From positions 20,624-84,623 of the IMG/VR virus record IMGVR_UViG_3300031707_000005: 64,000 nt of DNA. One strand, 5' to 3'. A program made the translations under genes and the position numbers. Below are positions 8,964 to 18,443 of the stretch, in pieces. Position 1 is the first letter of the stretch, and each line of letters opens with the position of its first letter. The notes under the pieces were generated by a model. The model saw only the letters and a program-made list of their open reading frames with translations, did no database searches and had not been told where the DNA came from. Source of the stretch: a virus.

Positions 8964-10910
8964 CTATGGAAGTCTCCTAGCTTGCCGTGAAGCTGTTCGA
9001 AGAGATCCTCCATGTAAACGAGTACGCTGTCGATGATATTGGTGATATCCGACACTAGATTGTCTTGAGGAATGTTGCGTAGCAATTTGACGTCCATTTG
9101 AGTCAAGAACTCCAGGATTTTCACGAACATGTTCCATAACAAGCATGATGGAACGGGCAAGTGAGTCAGACATATCGTCATGTTTCCCGGCTATTTTCGG
9201 GGACTCAACGGAAATCATGTTTTTTCCACTAGACGACGACTGAAGTTCAAGAAGTTCAGATATTAAAGGAGAATGTCGTACACTTCCACTTTCAGCCAAA
9301 GCCTGCTCTGGAATAGGCCAGTCATAAAGGGCGAGCTGACGGTTGAACATCGCCATCCTGAAAGTTTGCCACATTTGAGATGTTTCTGACGGAAAGAAAT
9401 TTCGCATTTCAAATTGAGTCAAATTTTTCTTATGCAGAACTTGCTCAAAAACTGGACCTGCCCACTGATCGAAAACACCGCGATACATATAAAAACGTTT
9501 CGATAGGGCAAAAAACCAGTTAGCTATCTCATCAAGATCAAGACGAGATTGATCCTGGAGTGTCATAGCATACGGAACCATCGGAGCTTCGAGATGCGGA
9601 TTAGCGTCTTTCCAATTCCTTTTCGGATACCAAACTTCATGATAAGCAAGTTCGATTTTCCCACCAGATATATGGGTGAGAGATATAGCCGTTCCATCGT
9701 TTGAAAGACCGAAATCAACACCGGCCCAGTGGGCTTCACGTGGGAATCCACGAGTAGCAGGACGCAAAGACGGGACTATACAATCCTGCAAATCTTTCCA
9801 ATTCTCGATGAAACCACGAACGCGATCAGAAAACTCAGCCCCATACTCAGTCATGAATGACTTCGGGTCTTTAGCGTATTCGACCTTATAATCTTCTTGA
9901 GAAAGAGTCGGATTCACTTCCCAAGTCGGAGCTTGGATAATTAAAGTGTTTGAAGCTTCAACGCCACCAGACATGGCTTGTTGGTAAAGACGGTAAAAGA
10001 ATCCCTCTTTAGCGTCCGGTGACGATATGAGAATCATGCGACCGTCTGTTGGACCGATCGGTTTATGTTTATCTTTTGAATCTTTCGGAGTAAACTGCTT
10101 TAATGATGGAGCAAGACCACGATATACCTGTTCAGCGCTACTCTTACCATCATCGATAAAAAATGCGATCTCGTCCAAAATAGCACAAATAACGCCACGA
10201 CCACGAAGACCTTTTGCGATCGAACTTTTAAAAGTAGCAGTTATCGTTGCTTTCCCATCCGGTCCGAAACGTTTTCTATCACTATCTGTTCTAAACTTCA
10301 CATATGTTTGGGTGTCATGGGCAACGTTATTTTTAAAGTAATCAACTGCTTGAATATGAGATTGAATGTCACCGTAAACGATGGATGCTTGCTCTTTATC
10401 ATTAGCAATATCCAACACACGCATTTCAGAACCAGGAGGAAGGCCGTAATAAGCCTGCGGGGAACCGCGTTTCAGAAGTTTGTATAGCTCATACGCAGCA
10501 AAAATAGCCGCCATGGAGCTTTTACCAGAACGACGACCGAGAATTAAAATAAGTTCTCGACGAACTTTATCATCCTGTTCTTTAATATTGCATCGTCCCT
10601 GGTCATATAAATACTTAAGATATTCTACTTCAGTAAATTCATATTTTACACGATTGTTTAAATAATCCTTAACTAGAATGGTTTTATTTACATCATCGAG
10701 CGGTAGGTTATAATACAGTTTAACAATAAATTTTTGAGCTGGGAAGAGACCATACGGAAAAAGTTTAAATTTTTCAATAAATTCTAAAATTGAAAGAAAA
10801 TCTTCATCACCGTTGCCTTCATCGCCATATTTATCACGACGTTTCTTTCCGATAAAGTCGGAAACCTCTCCAGTGAGTTGGCTTTGAAACTTTGGTTCTT
10901 TAGTAGGCAT
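8964..10910 (-). CDS. terL: Terminase large subunit
   Basis: Walker A GRRSGKS, Walker B AILDE, motif III ISSP, RNase H-like nuclease GVDFG...HDDMSDS. Confidence 0.93.
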   Translation of the reverse strand: MPTKEPKFQSQLTGEVSDFIGKKRRDKYGDEGNGDEDFLSILEFIEKFKLFPYGLFPAQKFIVKLYYNLPLDDVNKTILVKDYLNNRVKYEFTEVEYLKYLYDQGRCNIKEQDDKVRRELILILGRRSGKSSMAAIFAAYELYKLLKRGSPQAYYGLPPGSEMRVLDIANDKEQASIVYGDIQSHIQAVDYFKNNVAHDTQTYVKFRTDSDRKRFGPDGKATITATFKSSIAKGLRGRGVICAILDEIAFFIDDGKSSAEQVYRGLAPSLKQFTPKDSKDKHKPIGPTDGRMILISSPDAKEGFFYRLYQQAMSGGVEASNTLIIQAPTWEVNPTLSQEDYKVEYAKDPKSFMTEYGAEFSDRVRGFIENWKDLQDCIVPSLRPATRGFPREAHWAGVDFGLSNDGTAISLTHISGGKIELAYHEVWYPKRNWKDANPHLEAPMVPYAMTLQDQSRLDLDEIANWFFALSKRFYMYRGVFDQWAGPVFEQVLHKKNLTQFEMRNFFPSETSQMWQTFRMAMFNRQLALYDWPIPEQALAESGSVRHSPLISELLELQSSSSGKNMISVESPKIAGKHDDMSDSLARSIMLVMEHVRENPGVLDSNGRQIATQHSSRQSSVGYHQYHRQRTRLHGGSLRTASRQARRLP

Positions 10911-10913
10911 TAA

Positions 10914-11510
10914 TCAACCGGCCACTTCAAGTAGTTTCTTCTCCCAATCCTGCATATCAGCTTCCATCTGCTTGAAGACTACGTCGATGGTAGACTCAGG
11001 AAGGTCAGCTTTTGACATCGAGTCATAGACAAATTCCATCCACAAATGAAGAACTTGTTTAAACCTCGGGCTCTGGAGATCGAGTCTCTCTGCCCTAGTA
11101 TTTTCTTGCCGTTTTTGTAGAACATCAGCAAGTTGCCGAAGAGAAGCTATACGTGAGATAGTATAATTAGCGGTATTTTTACCTTCTTCAGTTGCTTTCC
11201 GACGCTCATATTTAAGGTGAGATAACTCCTCAGCTATTTCATTTAAAACAGCATCAACAACATCAGAAACAGGAGCTTTCTCAGCAATAACCCGAACGAG
11301 TTTCTGAGAACTGACAAAATTTTCCCTTTTGCGAATTTCGCGTTCAATAAACCTGGGGTCTATAAGTTCAGTGGTGGGAAGATCCCCGCCCTGACCTACA
11401 ACAAAATCAACACCAACTTCTTTGGTGTCAACTTTTTCACCACCAGGGAATGAGAGTAACTTCCCATTACTCCCATTCTTATCGCCATCTTTATCATCGG
11501 TGTCGCTCAT
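10914..11510 (-). CDS. Probable terminase small subunit
   Basis: Helical 198-aa protein immediately upstream of TerL; call is positional inference. Confidence 0.45.
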   Translation of the reverse strand: MSDTDDKDGDKNGSNGKLLSFPGGEKVDTKEVGVDFVVGQGGDLPTTELIDPRFIEREIRKRENFVSSQKLVRVIAEKAPVSDVVDAVLNEIAEELSHLKYERRKATEEGKNTANYTISRIASLRQLADVLQKRQENTRAERLDLQSPRFKQVLHLWMEFVYDSMSKADLPESTIDVVFKQMEADMQDWEKKLLEVAG

Positions 11511-11532
11511 GCTTCACCGACTATACAAGTTG

Positions 11533-13509
11533 TTAATCGTCGAGGCTACCGCTAGGGATAAAAACATCAATCCCCCTTGACCTCGAGCCATTTAAATCTA
11601 CAGAAAGCTCGCTCGAAAGTTCATATTTTTCAACAGGATTCTCAACAGGACCGGGCTGAATGACAGGAAGGCTCCTAGCCGCAGCAATATGTTCACGAAC
11701 CTGGGTCGGGACCTGTCGAATCAGATTCTTAGCATATTTAGAACACCAACCGGGTGCAGTTTGAAGGGTGCATCCAGTGCATCCTCTGGAAGCAAGAACG
11801 CTCGAGGCACCCTGCTTCCGGAAGTGTTTAGCACCTTCAACGCACCCTTTACCATAATCCAAGTATGCGGTCGGGTCAATAAAATAATGACCCTGAACAC
11901 CGTCATCAACGGATGCCCTACGACCAACTTCCGGAACCTGACGAAGGTCTTCAACTGAATAACGCTTAAGAAGTGCGCTTTGAAGAGCTCTACCGGAAAG
12001 ACCGGTATTCATCAAATGAGAGAGAGTTCGACGAACCTCATCAGAGTCCATCTTGGTAGTGACACTAGAGTCACTTCGACCAGGATCACCGTAGTGAGCC
12101 GAAACGTTAATACCACTATATTCCGAAGGACCACTATTCGAAGGAGGCGAATAAAGATTAGCCTGAGAAGTGAGTTTAGCCCACGCAGCATTGTCGTTAA
12201 CGGCACCAAGAGCCACGCTGACTTGACTGGACGCGATACGACCTTGAGAAACGGCACGTTCCATAGCGGAAATGAAAGCGGCTTTGCCAATATCCGGTTT
12301 TGAAGCCGTCAAAACAGAACGCTTGCAAATTTCAGCACAAGCCCCGTCTGATGCATGGTTACAAATAGAACAAGATGACGATCTGCGAATGACGAAGTCA
12401 GGAGAGAGAGAACGCACATTCATTGTAGAAAGAGCGTTCCGACATCCACCGAGAGCATCCATATCAAGATATGTATGGCCAAGAATTCCAAATTCTCCGG
12501 CAAGAGAACGGACCTCGGGATCTATTGAAGCTACGAGAAAAGAACGATCATCCGCACCATTCATCATTCGACGGGCATACTTAAACCAAACAGATGATGG
12601 CGTTTTTTCAAGTTTCGGAGCAGAGGCTGCCCTATCAAGGAAACTGGCAACATCTTGATTGGTAACCTGCGGCTTTACCGGAGTGCGTTGTGTGTGAACA
12701 GTCTTAATTCCACCGTCGCGATGGGCAACCGGAGACTTCAAGAAGGCAGAACGAAGAATTTCTTTATATTCACGACCAGATGCCGATAAAATATCCGGAC
12801 CAACTTTCGGAAGGGTTATCGGACGCTTTTCAGAGGCAAGTCGCGAAGCATAATGAGAAGCAAGATTTGCACCCCAAGGAACCTCATCTACAACGCGTTT
12901 GTTACCAAACGTGGCACACATGCCAGTTTCATGACAATTACACCCGTTTTTACCACCACATCCACCGATTACAAATACAGCATTCTTTCCGAAGGTTGTC
13001 GCATATTTGCGTTCTTTCGGGTCACGGTGAGCATTTGGAAAATGGCTAGCATCAATATAAACATTCCCGAGAACACCACGTTCATCCATGACTGAACGAA
13101 TAGCATCAGCAGCTAATCTAATATCTCCAGGAGCGAATTCGAGACGAACTCGCTTCTCGATCTCAGCAGGAGGAAGACCCGCCATAACTAGTCTAGCAAC
13201 TCGGTTACGAATCGGGGAAGTTTGATCAGACTCAGAAGTCTGCATATACTCATTTGAAAGTGGATTTCGGTTCACAATTGTATGTGGACGAAGCGGAATA
13301 AGTTGAGGAACATCTTCTTTCGAATCGGCAAGGAGAGCTTTTTGAAGCTCAGGGATAATATCTAAGTTTTGTTTAGGTAGGGCCTCAGCTGCCCTATAAT
13401 CAATTTCATCGATTGCGAGCCACGACAAGTCAGATATACCTTGATTATGCATCAAGGAGGATATATCCCCTAAGCCATGTTCGGAATAAATGTCTTTCTT
13501 ATCAGCCAT
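11533..13509 (-). CDS. Large head-region protein with three repeated Cys-rich modules
   Basis: GVLGNVYID, GILGHTYLD and GVQGHYFID, each followed by a Cys cluster. Confidence 0.7.
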   Translation of the reverse strand: MADKKDIYSEHGLGDISSLMHNQGISDLSWLAIDEIDYRAAEALPKQNLDIIPELQKALLADSKEDVPQLIPLRPHTIVNRNPLSNEYMQTSESDQTSPIRNRVARLVMAGLPPAEIEKRVRLEFAPGDIRLAADAIRSVMDERGVLGNVYIDASHFPNAHRDPKERKYATTFGKNAVFVIGGCGGKNGCNCHETGMCATFGNKRVVDEVPWGANLASHYASRLASEKRPITLPKVGPDILSASGREYKEILRSAFLKSPVAHRDGGIKTVHTQRTPVKPQVTNQDVASFLDRAASAPKLEKTPSSVWFKYARRMMNGADDRSFLVASIDPEVRSLAGEFGILGHTYLDMDALGGCRNALSTMNVRSLSPDFVIRRSSSCSICNHASDGACAEICKRSVLTASKPDIGKAAFISAMERAVSQGRIASSQVSVALGAVNDNAAWAKLTSQANLYSPPSNSGPSEYSGINVSAHYGDPGRSDSSVTTKMDSDEVRRTLSHLMNTGLSGRALQSALLKRYSVEDLRQVPEVGRRASVDDGVQGHYFIDPTAYLDYGKGCVEGAKHFRKQGASSVLASRGCTGCTLQTAPGWCSKYAKNLIRQVPTQVREHIAAARSLPVIQPGPVENPVEKYELSSELSVDLNGSRSRGIDVFIPSGSLDD

Positions 13510-13573
13510 TACGAGCCTCAAACTTATCAGGACACATAGTCATATTGAAAACACGGCTATCAAAGTCGCAAAC

Positions 13574-14677
13574 CTATATGGTCTCGAGCCTCTCCAAGTC
13601 CGCGATAATATTCGAGATATTTGCAGCACAGCGTCTGAACTGTGACGATACCTCGGGTTGAAGGATTGAATCAATCTCCAACTGAATAAGCTTCTCACGG
13701 ATTGCGGATAAAGAAAACTTCCCATCCGACGCTGTCTTAGCAATCGGAAACTCGTCAAGTACATCCTTCACGAAAACTGAATGACGAAGCTTAAGGCACC
13801 TGATGATATCAGATGCCAAAAACTGCGGCTGATTCTGACCGGACAAAAACGACATAATATGTCGACGCGTCAGGTCTTTCTTCCCAAACTTCTTTACGAA
13901 GTCTTGAGTCAACCCGGTAACAAGCTCAATATTGGTTGCCTGACGATGATTCATGGTTCCTGTCTCCGACGCAATAATGCGACCTCCATTTTGAAGATCG
14001 CTCCTGTCGTAATCAACATTCTCAGAAAAATCCTCTGACGGAAAGCCCTGAGGACCCGATATATCTTCAGTCTCGTGTCCGGACCAAAAATTCCCGAGGG
14101 AATTCAGGAAGTTATCCATCGTAACTTCGTTCTTCTGAACTCCGGGAAGTGAATCTTCTTCAGTGGAATATGAACCGGAGTCCTCATCTGCCCATTCGTC
14201 GCCAGAAAAACCCATCTTCATATGATCGTAGTAGTCAGCTCGAGCTGATGGATTGTTCCCGTCATTCGGAAGCTCAGCTGTCTCAGCTACGGAAGGGGTT
14301 ACAGGTTCCTTAACATCCATCTTTGGATGTTGATGGGTCGTATTAGTGTCTTGGTCACCTGGAAGCATTCCAGTAGCATCACGAAGACGATCAGAGAGCT
14401 CCCTAGTATACGCTTCGATAGTAATAACTCGACCGTCTTGCGTAGTTATTCGACGATCTGCCGCGAACGTCTGCGGATAACTTAATAGTCGATCAGGACC
14501 GAATGGGTCCGTACCATGCGTTCCAGGCAAAGCGTCGCCATGCGGCGAGGTTTCCGATCTCGGATCCTCGTCGTCTTCCCCACGTGAGGTAACACCGTTA
14601 TCCGAGTCATAAGTCCCTATGCCAAACTCATTAACTGCTTTACCTAAGGCATTCTCTGTAGGGAGAGACGCAGGCAT
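13574..14677 (-). CDS. Acidic putative internal head protein
   Basis: Low-complexity acidic N-terminal part; RQAT and KTAS motifs. Confidence 0.6.
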   Translation of the reverse strand: MPASLPTENALGKAVNEFGIGTYDSDNGVTSRGEDDEDPRSETSPHGDALPGTHGTDPFGPDRLLSYPQTFAADRRITTQDGRVITIEAYTRELSDRLRDATGMLPGDQDTNTTHQHPKMDVKEPVTPSVAETAELPNDGNNPSARADYYDHMKMGFSGDEWADEDSGSYSTEEDSLPGVQKNEVTMDNFLNSLGNFWSGHETEDISGPQGFPSEDFSENVDYDRSDLQNGGRIIASETGTMNHRQATNIELVTGLTQDFVKKFGKKDLTRRHIMSFLSGQNQPQFLASDIIRCLKLRHSVFVKDVLDEFPIAKTASDGKFSLSAIREKLIQLEIDSILQPEVSSQFRRCAANISNIIADLERLETI

Positions 14678-16045
14678 TCAAAATTCTACCTCCCAGAGGT
14701 CTTTCGGATCAACTTTTCTTTTCGGAGCCTCGATTCCTGCAGGAAGTATCGGAGCCGCTTGTTGACGCATCCAATCGAGGTCATCATCTGTGAGACCACG
14801 TTCGTAATAATTCAGATTCCGGTCATTCGAAGCACCAGGGAGCCATGAATAACTATCTTGAACTGAGATAGCAACACGACTTGAGATTTTCAAAACTGTC
14901 TCATCACCATCGGTCGAGTTATCATCTCCAGTGACGCCATCCATCGTCCAATCCTCGTAAAGAGGTTTAGACATGTTTGTGCCACTCGGAAGGCCATCTC
15001 CGGCCAAGTCATCCGATCCAAATGAATCTCCATATCCACCACTCTCAGTCCCGGACGCACCAGGACCGATGTGTTTAACTCGAGGGCCTGGAAGAGTCTC
15101 AACCGGTATCGAGGAACTACCGCCAGCTATCATGAACCGCTCAATAAATTGTTCGAACGAAATAGGTTCACGTTTCCCAGCAACTCTAGCTTCATGATAA
15201 GACCGATATGCCTTAAAAACACGAGCCATCGCTGATGAATATCCGCCTTCATTTGATGACGTGGTATTCATTACCATTTCAGAAACAGTTTTACCCTGCC
15301 CCTGCTCGCCAGAGTCAGAAGGGAGTTCGGATCCAGGTTCTTCTGGTTCCGGATATTTAAGTTTCTTTAGGTCCTTCGCATCAGCAAAAGCATTCTCAGA
15401 GGCAATTTGAGAGAAGAAGTCATCATCTTCTTCTTCATCACTGTCATCATCCGATCCATCATCAAGGACAAAGCCCTCATCAAAGTCCTCAGGAACAGGA
15501 TTTGAAATGGGTTTTTCGTCCTCTTCATCGTCGTCGTTGCCAGGACCCGGGTCAAACCCTTCATCTTCTTCAAATTCGTCTTCTATGAATCCTTCAGGGT
15601 TCCCCTTCACTTGCTCCGCATCTTGAACCATTCCAGAAATTTTATCATCAGAAACCCGCTTCCAGTGTTCTGCATTAATTTCATCGTGAACGGTATCAGT
15701 AAAACTCGACATGGTCTCAACAGCCGTAGCAAGAGATTGCCTCATCTCTTTAACAGCTTGAATATACCCGCGACCACCAAGAAGACCGTCCGGGGAAAAA
15801 CCGGAAGACGGGATCTTACTAAACAACCGATATGCGGCGATGGCATAACTATGGGACCGTTGTGCAGCCCAAAGAATTTTTGCTAAGTTCTTAAGATTTT
15901 CAGGAGTCCATTCAAACCCTTCAACCCGAATATCACGACGTACAGGACCGGAGTCCTTAACGAACTCGATTTTCCCGGCTGTACGAACAGTCCCATGACT
16001 GGATGCAAGTCTTCGGGCGATTGTGTCAAAATCCTTCGAATTCAT
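14678..16045 (-). CDS. Acidic putative internal head protein
   Basis: Poly-D/E tract; RRLAS, RTAG, RVAG and RVAI motifs. Confidence 0.6.
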   Translation of the reverse strand: MNSKDFDTIARRLASSHGTVRTAGKIEFVKDSGPVRRDIRVEGFEWTPENLKNLAKILWAAQRSHSYAIAAYRLFSKIPSSGFSPDGLLGGRGYIQAVKEMRQSLATAVETMSSFTDTVHDEINAEHWKRVSDDKISGMVQDAEQVKGNPEGFIEDEFEEDEGFDPGPGNDDDEEDEKPISNPVPEDFDEGFVLDDGSDDDSDEEEDDDFFSQIASENAFADAKDLKKLKYPEPEEPGSELPSDSGEQGQGKTVSEMVMNTTSSNEGGYSSAMARVFKAYRSYHEARVAGKREPISFEQFIERFMIAGGSSSIPVETLPGPRVKHIGPGASGTESGGYGDSFGSDDLAGDGLPSGTNMSKPLYEDWTMDGVTGDDNSTDGDETVLKISSRVAISVQDSYSWLPGASNDRNLNYYERGLTDDDLDWMRQQAAPILPAGIEAPKRKVDPKDLWEVEF

Positions 16046-16046
16046 A

Positions 16047-16301
16047 TCAGCTCTTTACAGGCCCATCCGAGTCATCAATAAGACGCTCGATATAATACCC
16101 GTCGGTGTCTTGACCGAGTTTCCAAAAGTCATTCTGGGAAATTCGAACCAATTGGTCCTCAGCAATAATGCGAAAACCGGCAAGATGGCTGAGATTCGCT
16201 ACACGCATCTTCCCACTCGACGCAATTTTCAGTGCTGGTGAGGAGAAAAAATCGTCGATAGAACTCGACGAAAATCTCAAGTCCTCAATTTTAAGAGTCA
16301 T
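16047..16301 (-). CDS. Small hypothetical head-region protein
   Basis: GAGG SD; KIASSGKMRVAN; TAAGCCCTT upstream. Confidence 0.65.
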   Translation of the reverse strand: MTLKIEDLRFSSSSIDDFFSSPALKIASSGKMRVANLSHLAGFRIIAEDQLVRISQNDFWKLGQDTDGYYIERLIDDSDGPVKS

Positions 16302-16410
16302 AAATAAACCTCTCGATTAAACCCCGATGAAGGGCTTATGAGTTTCTTTGTCCTACGTCTAACGGCAGTATATAGTCCAGTATAAAACACTGGAACTGTC
16401 GTATAAAGGA

Positions 16411-17319
16411 CTAAGGACTTACCGTCAAACTACAAATGAGGGTGATTGGACCGTTAGAAGCATTCGGAGACGACACGAGAACGGTCTCCGTATATACCCC
16501 AGGGGATAACGGAACACCGGAGTTTATGACCGAGAAAGTGACCGGAGAAATAGCCAAAGACGCCAGCGGACCGACCGCCGTAGGAACAAACTGAAGCCAT
16601 GGACTTCGGTTTTGAACCTTCGCCAGGGTGGCGTTCAAGATGGACCCGGCAGGACCAGAGTTCGAAATTTGGACCTGTTGAGAACCACCAGACGTCGCAA
16701 AACCTATTGAATAAGTCAGGTTAACCTGTGTAATATCCGTAAGAATTGCGGGTTTCGGTAAAACCGTCGCGTTAAAGTTATATACGATAACAGTTGCCGG
16801 TTGTCTATTATCTTGAAGAGTTATATGACCAGTATAGGGAGAACCCGTAGATAAAAGAGTTGACGGAACAATTTTAATACTAAATTGTCCTTGTTCGTTC
16901 TTGTTCAAACCGGAAACAATAGATGGGTCAGATTGAAGCCACGGAACATCCGGGGTTGCAATGGCTGTAAGAAAAGACCCGAAAGCACCGGAATTTTGGA
17001 AAACAATCGTAGCGATAGATGAGGAGGCATCACCTTCTGTAACGGTTATGGAGATATTCAAATTGGACGGAGATATGATCGAAAGAAGAGGAGCAAGTTG
17101 TTGTTGAACTTGCTGAAGCGTATCAGCCATGGCCAGAACGATATCTCCCGGAAGAGGTAATTCTACATCAGAAAACCTCCCGAATGGAGACATAATATCA
17201 ATAACCCTATATAGCTGGTTGGACCCGTGCACATTGTCCGCCTGAACGGTCCAATACCACTTACCACCAACAGAGTTCAGGTCGAAAGTAAAACCACCCG
17301 CTGATATATTAGACGCCAT
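16411..17319 (-). CDS. Virion protein with tandem Ig-like/BACON-type domains
   Basis: Two repeats of PWLQ..P...G.L...........Y...I.(V/L); S/T/V/P-rich beta composition. Confidence 0.65.
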   Translation of the reverse strand: MASNISAGGFTFDLNSVGGKWYWTVQADNVHGSNQLYRVIDIMSPFGRFSDVELPLPGDIVLAMADTLQQVQQQLAPLLSIISPSNLNISITVTEGDASSSIATIVFQNSGAFGSFLTAIATPDVPWLQSDPSIVSGLNKNEQGQFSIKIVPSTLLSTGSPYTGHITLQDNRQPATVIVYNFNATVLPKPAILTDITQVNLTYSIGFATSGGSQQVQISNSGPAGSILNATLAKVQNRSPWLQFVPTAVGPLASLAISPVTFSVINSGVPLSPGVYTETVLVSSPNASNGPITLICSLTVSP

Positions 17320-17409
17320 AGTTATCTAGGCATAACGTCGAAAAAGAAGCTCATTAAGTATGGATGAAGGTCACGGAATAAAACCGAGTCCCGTACATCC
17401 CGATCGGTG

Positions 17410-18183
17410 TTATCCAGTAATAGTGAGGATTTGAGCATCCCCTCTATCCCTGAATTGCGGTAAAGATACTTCATGCAGTATATTGAAGTGCTTATCAGAT
17501 ATGGCGAAGTAAACAGTCCAATACTTACCGAATCTAGAGTTATTGATCGCATCATCAACAGCTCTCTCAGCTGTGGCGATTTCTTCAGCACTTCGACCAT
17601 GTTTTCGAAGCATTTGAACTTGAACTTGCTTTTCGCGAGCTTCCTCGGCAATGAGGTCCTTAATTTTCTGAAGAGCTCGAAAGAATCTATGTCGAACACG
17701 ACCCTGTGTCAAATTCATTTGTTTAGCAATTTCTGATTGACATGTAGTTTCATACATACGCCAGAGAATCTCACGATCTTGATCACAAAACTTGGATCCG
17801 AGCTCAAGTTCGAACTGATCACGATCAAGCTCCGGAATAGTGCGCAAAAATTGAATACGCTTAATTCCTCTATGTAGACGATATGAAACGGCAGCTTGAG
17901 TGATCCCGAAAAGTTTCGCGATCTGCTCTTGTTTCATTTTATCTTTATGATATAAACGGATCAAATCCGCTTCTCGAGGCGGAATCCTATCTAGATATCT
18001 AGATATAGCATCAAAATTAAGTGAATTACCTTCTGTAGCAAGGTCTTCTTCAACCTCTGGGGCGAGGTTATGTTCAATCAGACTTTCAAGGTCATCTGAA
18101 TCATGATCATATCCGAGACGATCCTGATTGCTAAACCTCGAAGAAAGACTACTCGGATCCTGAATCAAAATATGGGTCGACAT
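17410..18183 (-). CDS. Sigma70 region-4-like transcription regulator with two tandem HTHs
   Basis: LDRIPPREADLIRL...QEQIAKLFGITQAAVSYRLHRGIKRI and DQDREILWRM...QSEIAKQMNLTQGRVRHRFFRALQKIK. Confidence 0.75.
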   Translation of the reverse strand: MSTHILIQDPSSLSSRFSNQDRLGYDHDSDDLESLIEHNLAPEVEEDLATEGNSLNFDAISRYLDRIPPREADLIRLYHKDKMKQEQIAKLFGITQAAVSYRLHRGIKRIQFLRTIPELDRDQFELELGSKFCDQDREILWRMYETTCQSEIAKQMNLTQGRVRHRFFRALQKIKDLIAEEAREKQVQVQMLRKHGRSAEEIATAERAVDDAINNSRFGKYWTVYFAISDKHFNILHEVSLPQFRDRGDAQILTITG

Positions 18184-18325
18184 TGCTCTCCATGTGATAT
18201 TGGGCCGGGCCCATGAGGTATCCAGTATTCGTATTGATCTAGCGGGGTTCCGCGGTTTGTATACGTATTTGTCTGAATATCTCGGCGGAGAGCGGTATGA
18301 ACCGATGCCTGAATTACATTACCAA
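18184..18325 (-). promoter_or_regulatory. Structured 5' leader that could sequester the SD of the sigma-like gene
   Basis: Nested inverted repeats 18185-18191/18287-18293 (GCTCTCC/GGAGAGC) and 18196-18201/18276-18281; candidate -10 gTAATGT upstream. Confidence 0.45.
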
Positions 18326-18443
18326 GTGAAAAAATAAGAAGTTTTCATAGTTTAGTCATTATAGTAACCGATTATGTACGAGTTAGGAATACATGACTTT
18401 TATACGTGCCATGCTGATCAGTGACGGGCTAGTATTTTCAGTG

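Noticed and set aside
16360-16405. Imperfect hairpin after the Ig-like gene
   Set aside because: Interrupted stem with no U-tract; too weak to call a terminator.
18184-18443. tRNA or other known ncRNA in intergenic gaps
   Set aside because: No cloverleaf or T-loop with acceptor stem could be built here or at 44.6-45.4 kb and 61.7-61.9 kb.
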